Positions 12,594 to 26,965 of a stretch of DNA of 64,000 nucleotides are shown in pieces (position 1 is the stretch's first letter; every line of letters starts with the position of its first letter). The stretch lies in assembly GCF_009914755.1 (NCBI RefSeq), contig NC_060937.1; one strand, 5' to 3'. Source of the DNA: the human T2T-CHM13v2.0 reference genome, Homo sapiens. A model generated the notes under the pieces. That model searched no databases. It was given only the letters and a program-made list of their open reading frames with translations, and was not told the origin of the DNA. Both the position numbers and the translations under genes were made by a program.

Positions 12594-15500
12594 ATACTCA
12601 AAATATATATTACATACTGTACATAAAATATCAAAGTACCCAAATTATGTATTATATACTGTACGTAAAATATCAGAGTACCCAAAATATGCATTATATA
12701 CTGTACATAAAATATGAAAGTAACAAAACATTTATAATAAACTGTACATAAAATATCAAAGTACTCAAACTATATATCATATACTGTACATAAAATATCA
12801 AAGTACCCAAACTGTGTATTATTATATACTGTATATAAAATATCAAAGTACCTGAAATATATATTGTATACTATACATAAAATATCAAAGTACCCAAAAT
12901 ATATACTATATACTGTACATAAAATATGAAGGTACATCAAATATATATTATATCCTGTACATAAAATATCAAAGTACACCTATTATATATTGTGTACTGT
13001 ACATAATATATTAAATCGCCCAAATATATATTGTATACTGTATATAAAATATGAAGGTACTTCAAATATATATTATATGCTGCACATAAAATATCAAAGT
13101 ACCCAAGGTATGCATTACATACTGTACATAAACTATCAAAGTACACATATTATATATTATATAATATACATAAAATATGAAGGTTCATCAAATATATATT
13201 ATATTCTGTACATAATATATCAAAGTACATCAAATATATATTATATACTGTACATAAAATATCAAAGTACCAAAAATATGTATTATATACTGTACATAAA
13301 ACATGAAAGTAACCAAACATTTATAATAAACTGTACATGAAATATCAAAGTACTCAGTCTACATATTATATACAGTATATAAAATATCAAAGTACACACA
13401 CTGTATATTATATACTGTACATAATATATCAAAATACCCAGAATATATAGCATACTGTACATAAAATATCAAAGTACCCAAAATATATATTGTATACTGT
13501 ACATAAAATATGAAGGTACATCAAAGATATATTATATTCTGTACATAAAATATCAAACTACACCAAATATATATTATATGCTGTACATAATATATTAAAG
13601 TTGCCCATATATACATTATATACTGTACATAAAATATGAACGTACATCAAATATATAGTATATGCTGCACATAAAATATCAAAGTACCCAAAGTATGTAT
13701 TATACACTGTACATAAAATATCAAAGTACCAAAAGTATATATTACATACTGTAAATAAAATATGAAGGTACCTCAAATATATATTATATTCTGTACATAA
13801 AACATCAAAGTACACCAAGTATATACTATATACTCTGCATAAAATATTAAATTACCCAAAATATGTATTGCATTGTGTACATAAAATATGAAAGTAACCA
13901 AACATTTATAATAAACTGTACATAAAATTTCAAAGTACTCAAACTGTATATTATATACTGTACATAAAGTATCAAAGTACCCAAACTGTGTAGTATATAC
14001 TGTACATAAAATATCAAGGTACCCAAAATATATATTGTAAACTGTAGATAAAATATCAAAGTACCCAAAATATATATTATATACTGTACATAAAATATGA
14101 AGGCACATCCAATATATACTATATTCTGTACATAAAATATCAAAGTACACCAAATGTATATTATATACTGTACAAAAAATATCAAAGTACCCAAAGTGTA
14201 TATTATATACTGTACATAAAATATGAAGGTTCATCAAATATATTTTATATTCTGCACATAATATATCAAAGTACAGCAAATATATATTATATACTGTACA
14301 TAAAATATCAAAGTACCCAAAATATGTATTATATACTGTACATAAAATATGAAAGTAACCAAACATTTATAATAAACTGTACATAAAGTATCAAAGTACT
14401 CAAACTACATATTATATACAGTATATAAAATGTCAAAGTACCCAAACTGTATATTATATACTGTACATAATATATCAAAGTACCCGAATATATAGCATAC
14501 TGTACATAAAATATCAAGGTACCCAAAGTGTGTATTATACACTGCACATAAAATATGAAGGTACATAAAATATATATTGTATTCTGTACATAAAATATCA
14601 AAGTACTCCAAATATATATTATATGCTGTACATAATATATTATAGTCGCCCAAATATATATTATATACTGTACATAAAATATGAAGGTACATCAAATATA
14701 TATTATATGCTGCACATAAAATATCAAAGTACCCAAAGTATGTGTTATATACTGTACATAAAATATCAAAGTACCCAATGTATATATTATATACTGTACA
14801 TAAAATATAAAATACCCCAAATATATATTATATGCTATACATAAAATATCAAAGTACACAAAATATGTATTATATACTGTACATAAAATACCAAAGGACC
14901 CAAAATATATATTATATACTGTACATAAAATATCAAAATACCCAAAATATATATTATATACTGTACATAAAATACCAAAGTACCCAAAGTATATATTATA
15001 TACCGTACAAAAAATATCAAAGTAGCCAAAATATGTATTATACACTGTACATAATATATGAAAGTACCCAAACATTTATAATAAACTGTACATAAAATAT
15101 CAATGTACTCAAACTATATATTATCTGCGGTACATAAGATATCAAAGTACCCATACTATATAGTATATACTGTACTTAAAATATCAAAATACCCAAAATA
15201 TATATTATATACGTTACATAAACTATCAAATACACAAAGTATGTATTATATACTGTACATAAAATAGAAAAGTTCCCAAAATATGTATTATATATATTAT
15301 AAATATGTACATAAAATATGAAAGTACCCAACCATTTATAATAAACTCTACATAAAACACCAAAGTACCCAAACTGTGTATTATATACTGTCCATAAAAT
15401 ATCAAAGTACCCAAAATATGTATTGTAAACTCTACATAAAATATCAAAGTAGCCAAAATACATATTGTATACTGTACATAAAATATAAAAGTACCCCAAA

Positions 15501-15616
15501 TATATATTATATACTGTACATAAAATATCAAAGTACCCATAATACATATTATATACTGTACATAAAATATCAAAGGACCCAAAATAAACATTATATACTG
15601 TACATAAAATATCCAA
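12594..15616 (+). repeat. Type B HOR with net 10-bp insertion (3023 bp)
   Basis: B markers aaacatgaaag, gaacgtacatc, ttgcattgtg. Insertion 'tattataaatat' at 15295-15306. Confidence 0.85.
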
Positions 15617-18600
15617 ATACTCAAAATATATATTACATACTGTACATAAAATATCAAAGTACCCAAATTATGTACTATATACTGTACGTAAAATATCAGA
15701 GTACCCAAAATATGCATTATATACTGTACATAAAATATGAAAGTAACAAAACATTTATAATAAACTGTACATAAAATATCAAAGTACTCAAACTATATAT
15801 CATATACTGTACATAAAATATCAAAGTACCCAAACTGTGTATTATTATATACTGTATATAAAATATCAAAGTACCTGAAATATATATTGTATACTGTACA
15901 TAAAATATCAAAGTACCCAAAATATATACTATATACTGTACATAAAATATGAAGGTACATCTAATATATATTATATCCTGTACATAAAATAACAAAGTAC
16001 ACCTATTATATATTGTGTACTGTACATAATATATTAAATCGCCCAAATATATATTGTATACTGTATATAAAATATGAAGGTACTTCAAATATATATTATA
16101 TGCTGCACATAAAATATCAAAGTACCCAAGGTATGCATTACATACTGTACATAAAATATCAAAGTACACAAATTATATATTATATACTGTACATAAAATA
16201 TGTAGGTTCATCAAATATATTTTATATTCTGTACATAATATATCAAAGTACATCAAATATATATTATATACGGTACATAAAATATCAAATTACCCAAAAT
16301 ATATATTATTTACTGTACATAAAATATGAAAGTAACCAAACATTTATAATAAACTGTACATAAATTATCAAAGTACTCAATCTACATATTATATACAGTA
16401 TATAAAATATCAAAGTACACAAACTGTATATTATATACTGTACATAATATGTCAAAGTACCCAGAATATATAGCATACTGTACATACAATATCAAAGTAC
16501 CCAGAATGTATATTGTATACTGTACATAAAATATGAAGGTACATCAAAGATATATTATATTCTGTACATAAAATATCAAAGTACACCAAATATATATTAT
16601 ATGCTGTACATAATATATTAAAGTTGCCCATGTATACATTTTATACTGTACATAAAATATGAAGGTACATCAAATATATAGTATATGCTGCACATAAAAT
16701 ATCAAAGTACCCAAAGTATGTATTATATACTGTACATAAAATATCAAAGTACCAAAAGTATATATTACCTACTGTAAATAAAATGTGAAGATACCTCAAA
16801 TATATATTATATTCTGTACATGAAATATCAAAGTACACCAAGTATATACTATATACTCTACATAAAATATTAAATTACCCAAAATATGTATTGTATTGTG
16901 TACATAAAATATGAAAATAACCAAACATTTATAATAAACTGTACATAAAATATCAAAGTACTCAAACTTTATATTATATACTGTACATAAAGTATCAAAG
17001 TACCCAAACTGTGTAGTATATACTGTACATAAAATATCAAGGTACCCAAAATGTATATTGTAAACTGTAGATAAAATATCAAAGTACCCAAAATATATAT
17101 TATATACTGTACATAAAATATGAAGGCACATCCAATATATATTATATTCTGTACATAAAATATCAAAGTACACCAAATGTATATTATATACTGTACATAA
17201 AATATAAAACTACCCCAAATATATATTATATACTCTACATAAAATATCAAAGTACCCAAAATATATATTATATACTGTACATAATATATCAAAGTACCCA
17301 TAGTATGTATTATATCCTGTACATAAAATATGAAAGTACGTCAAATATATATTCTATTCTGCACATAAAATATCATATTGCACCAAATATATATTGTATA
17401 CTGTATATAAAATATGAAGGTACTTCAAATATATATTATATGCTGCACATAAAATATCAAAGTACCCAAAGTATGCATTATATACTGTACATAAAATATC
17501 AAAGTACCCAAAGTGTATATTATATACTGTACATAAAATATGAAGGTTCATCAAATATATTTTATATTCTGCACATAATATATCAAAGTACAGCAAATAT
17601 ATATTATATACTGTACATAAAATAACAAAGTAACAAAAATATGTATTATATACTGTACATAAAATATGAAAGTAACCAAATATTTATAATAAACTGTATA
17701 TAAAATATCAAAGTACTCAAACTACATATTATATACAGTATATAAAATATCAAAGTACCCAAACTATATATTATATACTGTACATACTATATCAAAGTAC
17801 CCGAATATAGAGCATACTGTACATAAAATATCAAATTACCCAAAATATATATTGTATACTGTACATAAAATATGAAGGTACATCAAAGATATATTATATT
17901 CTGTACATAAAATATCAAAGTACACCAAATATATATTATATGCTGTACAGAATATATTAAAGTCGACCAAATGTATATTATATAGTGTACATAAAATATG
18001 AAGGTACATCAAATATATATTATATGCTGCACATAAAATATCAAAGTACCCAAAGTATGTATTATATACTGTACATAAAATATCAAAGTACCCAAAGTAT
18101 ATATTATATACTGTACATAAAATATAAAATACCCCAAATATATATTATATGCTGTACATAAAATATCAAAGTACACAAAATATGCATTATGTACTGTACA
18201 TAAATTATCAAAGGACCCAAAATATATATTATATAGTGTACATAAAATATCAAAATACCCAAAATATATATTATATACTGTACATAAAATACCAAAGTAC
18301 CCAAAGTATATATTATATACTGTATAAAAAATATCAAAGTAGCCAAAATATGTATTATACACTGTACATAATATATGAAAGTACCCAAACATTTATAATA
18401 AACTGTACATAAAATATCAATGTACTCAAATTATATATTATGTGCGGTACTTAAGATATCAAAGTACCCATACTATATAGTATGTACTGTACTTAAAATA
18501 TCAAAATACCCAAAATATATATTATATACGTTACATAAACTATCAAATACACAAAGTATGTATTACATACTGTACATAAAATAGCAAAGTTCCCAAAATA

Positions 18601-18923
18601 TGTATTATATACTGTACATAAAATATGAAAGTAACCAACCATTTATAATAAACTCTACATAAAATACCAAAGTACCCAAACTGTGTATTATATACTCTCC
18701 ATAAAATAGCAAAGTACCCAAAATATATATTGTCAACTGTACATAAAATATCAAAGTAGCCAAAATATATATAGTATACCGTACATAAAATATAAAAGTA
18801 CCCCAAATATGTATTATATACTGTACATAAAATATCAAAGTACCGATAATACATATTATATAGTGTACATAAAATATCAGAGGACCCAAAATAAACATTA
18901 TATACTGTACATAAAATATCCAA
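15617..18923 (+). repeat. Type A HOR (3307 bp)
   Basis: Marker spacing 3307, A-type markers and the 294-bp block near 17195. Confidence 0.85.
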
Positions 18924-21559
18924 ATACTCAAAATATATATTACATACTGTACATAAAATATCAAAGTACCCAAATTATGTATTATATACTGTACATAAAA
19001 TATCAGAGTACCCAAAATATGCATTATATACTGTACATAAAATATGAAAGTAACAAAACATTTATAATAAACTGTACATAAAATATCAAAGTACTCAAAC
19101 TATATATCATATACTGTACATAAAATATCAAAGTACCCAAACTGTGTATTATTATATACTGTATATAAAATATCAAAGTACCTGAAATATATACTGTATA
19201 CTGTACATAAAATATCAAAGTACCCAAAATATATACTATATACTGTACATAAAATATGAAGGTACATCAAATATATATTATATCCTGTACATAAAATATC
19301 AAAGTACACCTATTATATATTGTGTACTGTACATAATATATTAAATCGCCCAAATATATATTGTATACTGTATATAAAATATGAAGGTACTTCAAATATA
19401 TATTATATGCTGCACATAAAATATCAAAGTACCCAAAGTATGCATTACATACTGTACATAAAATATCAACGTACACATATTATCTATTATATAATGTACA
19501 TAAAATATGAAGGTTCATCAAATATATATTATATTCTGTACATAATATATCAAAGTACATCAAATATATATTATATACTGTACATAAAATATCAAAGTAC
19601 CAAAAATATGTATTATATACTGTACATAAAATATGAAAGTAACCAAACATTTATAATATACTGTACATAAAATATCAAAGTACTCAGTCTACATATTACA
19701 TACAGTATATAAAATATCAAAGTACACACACTGTATATTATATACTGTACATAATATATCAAAGTACCCAGAATATATAACATACTGTACATAAAATATC
19801 AAAGTACCCGAAATATATATGGTATACTGTACATAAAATATGAAGGTACATCAAAGATATATTATATTCTGTACATAAAATATCAAACTACACCAAATAT
19901 ATATTATATGCTGTACATAATATATTAAAGTTGCCCAAATACACATTCTATACTGTACATAAAATATGAACGTACATCAAATATATAGTATATGCTGCAC
20001 ATAAAATATCAAAGTACCCAAAGTATGTATTATACACTGTACATAAAATATCAAAGTACCAAAAGTATATATTACATACTGTAAATAAAATATGAAGGTA
20101 CCTCAAATATATATTATATTCTGTACATAAAATATCAAAGTCCACCAAGTATATACTATATACTCTGCATAAAATATTAAATTACCCAAAATATGTATTG
20201 CATTGTGTACATAAAATATGAAAGTAACCAAACATTTATAATAAACTGTACATAAAATATCAAAGTCCTCAAACTGTATATTATATACTGTACATAAAGT
20301 ATCAAAGTACCCAAACTGTGTAGTATATACTGTACATAAAATATCAAGGTACCCAAAATATATATTGTAAACTGTAGATTAAATATCAAAGTACCCAAAA
20401 TATATATTATATACTGTACATAAAATATGAAGGCACATCCAATATATACTATATTCTGTACATAAAATATCAAAGTACACCAAATGTATATTATATACTG
20501 TACATAAAATATCAAAGTACCCAAAGTGTATATTATATACTGTACATAAAATATGAAGGTTCATCAAATATATTTTATATTCTGCACATAATATATCAAA
20601 GTACAGCAAATATATATTATATACTGTACATAAAATATCAAAGTACCCAAAATATGTATTATATACTGTACATAAAATATGAAAGTAACCAAACATTTAT
20701 AATAAACTTTACATAAAGTATCAAAGTACTCAAACTACATATTATATACAGTATATAAAATATCAAAGTACCCCAACTGTATATTATATACTGTACATAA
20801 TATATAAAGGTACCCAAATATATAGCATACTGTACATAAAATATCAAAGTACCCAAAATATATATTATATACTGTACATAAAATATAAAAATACCCAAAA
20901 TATATATTATATACTGTACATAAATTACCAAAGTACCCAAAGTATATATTATGTAACGTACAAAAAATATCAAAGTAGCCAAAATATGTATTATACACTG
21001 TACTTAATATATGAAAGTACCCAAACATTTATAATAAACTGTAAATAAAATATCAATGTACTCAAACTATATATTATGTGCGGTACATAAGATATCAAAG
21101 TACCCATGCTATATAGTATATACTGTACTTAAAATATCAAAATACCCAAAATATATATTATATACGTTACATAAACTATCAAATACACAAAGTATGTATT
21201 ATATACTGTACATAAAATAGCAAAGTTCCCAAAATATGTATTATATACTGTACATAAAATATGAAAGTACCCAACCATTTATAATAAACTCTACATAAAA
21301 TACCAAAGTACCCAAACTGTGTATTATATACTGTCCATAAAATATCAAAGGACCCAAAATATATATTGTAAACTCTACATAAAATATCAAAGTAGCCAAA
21401 ATACATATTGTATACTGTACATAAAATATAAAAGTACCCCAAATATATATTATATACTGTACATAAAATATCAAAGTACCCATAATACATATTATATACT
21501 GTACATAAAATATCAAAGGACCCAAAATAAACATTATATACTGTACATAAAATATCCAA
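18924..21559 (+). repeat. Type B HOR with 9-monomer deletion (2636 bp)
   Basis: 3013 - 377. Junction near 20833-20875. Confidence 0.75.
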
Positions 21560-23943
21560 ATACTCAAAATATATATTACATACTGTACATAAAATATCAA
21601 AGTACCCAAATTATGTATTATATACTGTATATAAAATATCAGAGTACCCAAAATATGCATTATATACTGTACATAAAATATGAAGGTACATCAAATATAT
21701 AGTATATGCTGCACATAAAATATCAAAGTACCCAAAGTATGTATTATATACTGTACATAAAATATCAAAGTACCAAAAGTATATATTACCTACTGTAAAT
21801 AAAATATGAAGATACCTCAAATATATATTATATTCTGTACATAAAATATCAAAGTGCACCAAGTATATACTATATACTCTACATAAAATATTAAATTACC
21901 CAAAATATGTATTGTATTGTGTACATAAAATATGAAAGTAACCAAACATTTATAATAAACTGTACATAAAATATCAAAGTACTCAAACTTTATATTATAT
22001 ACTGTACATAAAGTATCAAAGTACCCAAACTGTGTAGTATATACTGTACATGAAATATCAAGGTACCCAAAATGTATATTGTAAAGTGTAGATAAAATAT
22101 CAAAGTACCCAAAATATATATTATATACTGTACATAAAATATGAAGGCACATCCAATATATATTATATTCTGTACATAAAATATCAAAGTACACCAAATG
22201 TATATTATATACTGTACATAAAATATAAAACTACCCCAAATATATCTTATATACTCTACATAAAATATCAAAGTACCCAAAATATATATTATATACTGTA
22301 CATAAAATATCAAAGTACCCATAGTATGTATTATATCCTGTACATAAAATATGAAGGTACATCAAATATATATTCTATTCTGCACATAAAATATCATATT
22401 GCACCAAATATATATTGTATACTGTATATAAAATATGAAGGTACTTCAAATATATATTATATGCTGCACATAAAATATCAAAGTACCCAAAGTATGCATT
22501 ATATACTGTACATAAAATATCAAAGTACCCAAAGTGTATATTATATACTGTACATAAAATATGAAGGTTCATCTAATATATTTTATATTCTGCACATAAT
22601 ATATCAAAGTACAGCAAATATATATTATATATTGTACATAAAATAACAAAGTACCAAAAATATGTATTATATACTGTACATAAAATATGAAAGTAACCAA
22701 ATATTTATAATAAACTGTATATAAAATATCAAAGTACTCAAACTACATATTATATACAGTATATAAAATATCAAAGTACCCAAACTATATATTATATACT
22801 GTACATACTATATCAAAGTACCCAAATATATAGCATACTGTCCATAAAATATCAAAGTACCCAAAATATATATTGTATACTGTACATAAAATATGAAGGT
22901 ACATCAAAGATATATTATATCCTGTACATAAAATATCAAAGTACACCAAATATATATTATATGCTGTACATAATATATTAAAGTCGACCAAATATATATT
23001 ATATACTGTACATAAAATATGAAGGTACCTCAACTATATATTATATGCTGCACATAAATTATCAAATTACCCAAAGTATGTATTATATACTGTACATAAA
23101 ATATCAAAGTACCCAAAGTATATATTATATACTGTACATAAAATATAAAATACCCCAAATATATATTATATGCTGTACATAAAATATCAAAGTACACAAA
23201 ATATGTATTATGTACTGTACATACAATATAAAGGACCCAAAATATATACTATATACTGTACATAAAATATCAAAATACCCAAAATATATATTATATACTG
23301 TACATAAAATACCAAAGTACCCAAAGTATATATTATATACCGTACAAAAAATATCAAAGTAGCCAAAATATGTATTATACACTGTACATAATATATGAAA
23401 GTACCCAAACATTTATAATAAACTGTACATAAAATATCAATGTACTCAAACTATGTATTATGTGCGGTACATAACATATCAAAGTATCCATACTATATAG
23501 TATGTACTGCACTTAAAATATCAAAATACCCAAAATATATATTATATACGTTACATAAACTATCAAATACACAAAGTATGTATTATATACTGTACATAAA
23601 ATAGCAAAGTTCCCAAAATATGTATTATATACTGTACATAAAATATGAAAGTACCCAACCATTTATAATAAACTCTACATAAAATACCAAAGTACCCAAA
23701 CTGTGTATTATATACTGTCCATAAAATATCAAAGTACCCAAAATATATATTGTAAACTCTACATAAAATATCAAAGTAGCCAAAATACATATTTTATACT
23801 GTACATAAAATATGAAAGTACCCCAAATATGTATTATATACTGTACATAAAATATCAAAGTACCCATAATACATATTATATACTGTACATAAAATATCAA
23901 AGGACCCAAAATAAACATTATATACTGTACATAAAATATCCAA
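21560..23943 (+). repeat. Type A HOR with 22-monomer deletion (2384 bp)
   Basis: 3306 - 922. Junction near 21660-21685. Confidence 0.78.
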
Positions 23944-26900
23944 ATACTCAAAATATATATTACGTACTGTACATAAAATATCAAAGTACCCAAATTATGT
24001 ATTATATACTGTACGTAAAATATCAGAGTACCCAAAATATGCATTATATACTGTACATAAAATATGAAAGTAACAATACATTTATAATAAACTGTACAAA
24101 AAATATCAAAGTACTCAAACTATATATCATATACTGTACATAAAATATCAAAGTACCCAAACTGTGTATTATTATATACTGTATATAAAATATCAAATAC
24201 CTGAAATATATATTGTATACTGTACATAAAATATCAAAGTACCCAAAATATATACTATATACTGTACATAAAATATGAAGGTACATCAAATATATATTAT
24301 ATCCTGTACATAAAATATCAAAGTACACCTATTATATATTGTGTACTGTACATAATATATTAAATCGCCCAAATATATATTGTATACTGTATATAAAATA
24401 TGAAGGTACTTCAAATATATATTATATGCTGCACATAAAATATCAAAGTACCCAAAGTATGCATTACATACTGTACATAAAATATCAAAGTACACATATT
24501 ATATATTATATAATGTACATAAAATATGAAGGTTCATCAAATATATATTATATTCTGTACATAATATATCAAAGTACATAAAATATATATTATATACGGT
24601 ACATAAAATATCAAAGTACCAAAAATATGTATTATATACTGTACATAAAACATGAAAGTAACCAAACATTTATAATAAACTGTACATTAAATATCAAAGT
24701 ACTCAATGTACATAATATATACAGTATATAAAATATCAAAGTACACAAACTGTATATTATATACTGTACATAATATATCAAAGTACCCAGAATATATAGC
24801 ATACTGTACATAAAATATCAAAGTACCCAAAATATATATTGTATACTGTACTTAAAATATGAAGGTACATCAAAGATATATTATATTCTGTACATAAAAT
24901 ATCAAAGTACACCAAATATATATTATATGCTGTACATAGTATATTAAAGTTGCCCGTATATACATTATATACTGTACATAAAATATGAACGTACATCAAA
25001 TATATAGTATATGCTGCACATAAAATATCAAAGTACCCAAAGTATGTATTATACACTGTACATAAAATATCAAAGTACCAAAAGTATATATTACATACTG
25101 TAAATAAAATATGAAGGTACCTCAAATATATATTATATTCTGTACATAAAATATCAAAGTACACCAAGTATATACTATATACTCTGCATAAAATATTAAA
25201 TTACCCAAAATATGTATTGTATTGTGTACATAAAATATGAAAGTAACCAAACATTTATAATAAACTGTACATAAAATATCAAAATACTCAAACTGTATAT
25301 TATATACTGTACATAAAGTATCAAAGTACCCAAACTGTGTAGTATATACTGTACATAAAATATCAAGGTACCCAAAATATATATTGTAAACTGTAGATAA
25401 AATATCAAAGTACCCAAAATATATATTATATACTGTACATAAAATGTGAAGGCACATCCAATATATATTATATTCTGTACATAAAATATCAAAGTACACC
25501 AAATGTATATTATATACTGTACATAAAATATCAAAGTACCCAAAGTGTATATTATATACTGTACATAAAATATGAAGGTTCGTCAAATATATTTTATATT
25601 CTGCACATAATATATCAAAGTACAGCAAATATATATTATATACTGTACATAAAATATCAAAGTACCCAAAATATGTATTATATACTGTACATAAAATATG
25701 AAAGTAACCAAACATTTATAATAAACTGTACATAAAGTATCAAAGTACTCAAACTACATATTATATACAGTATATAAAATGTCAAAGTACCCAAACTGTA
25801 TATTATATACTGTACATAATATATCAAAGTACCCGAATATATAGCATACTGTACATAAAATATCAAAGTACCCAAAGTGTGTTTTATACACTGCACATAA
25901 AATATGAAGGTACATAAAATATATATTGTATTCTGTACATAAAATATCAAAGTACTCCAAATATATATTATATGCTGTACATAATATATTAAAGTCGCCC
26001 AAATATATATTATATACTGTGCATAAAATATGAAGGTACATCAAATATATATTATATGCTGCACATAAAATATCAAAGTACCCAAAGTATGTGTTATATA
26101 CTGTACATAAAATATCAAAGTACCCAAAGTATATATTATATACTGTACATAAAATATAAAATACCCCAAATATATATTATATGCTGTACATAAAATATCA
26201 AAGTACACAAAATATGTATTATATACTGTACATAAAATACCAAAGGACCCAAAATATATATTATATACTGTACATAAAATATCAAAATACCCAAAATATA
26301 TATTATATACTGTACATAAAATACCAAAGTACCCAAAGTATATATTATATACCGTACAAAAAATATCAAAGTAGCCAAAATATGTATTATACACTGTACA
26401 TAATATATGAAAGTACCCAAACATTTATAATAAACTGTACATAAAATATCAATGTACTCAAACTATATATTATGTGCGGTACATAAGATATCAAAGTACC
26501 CATACTATATAGTATATACTGTACTTAAAATATCAAAATACCCAAAATATATATTATATACGTTACATAAACTATCAAGTACACAAAGTATGTATTATAT
26601 ACTGTACATAAAATAGCAAAGTTCCCAAAATATGTATTATATATATTATAAATATGTACATAAAATATGAAAGTATCCAACCATTTATAATAAACTCTAC
26701 ATAAAACACCAAAGTACCCAAACTGTGTATTATATACTGTCCAAAAAATATCAAAGTACCCAAAATATATATTGTAAACTGTACATAAAATATCAAAGTA
26801 GCCAAAATACATATTGTATACTGTACATAAAATATAAAAGTACCCCAAATATATATTATATACTGTACATAAAATATCAAAGTACCCATAATACATATTA

Positions 26901-26965
26901 TATACTGTACATAAAATATCAAAGGACCCAAAATAAACATTATATACTGTACATAAAATATCCAA
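23944..26965 (+). repeat. Type B HOR with 10-bp insertion (3022 bp)
   Basis: 3013 + 10 - 1 (1-bp deletion 'tcaaatacctg' near 24197). Insertion at 26644-26655. Confidence 0.8.
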
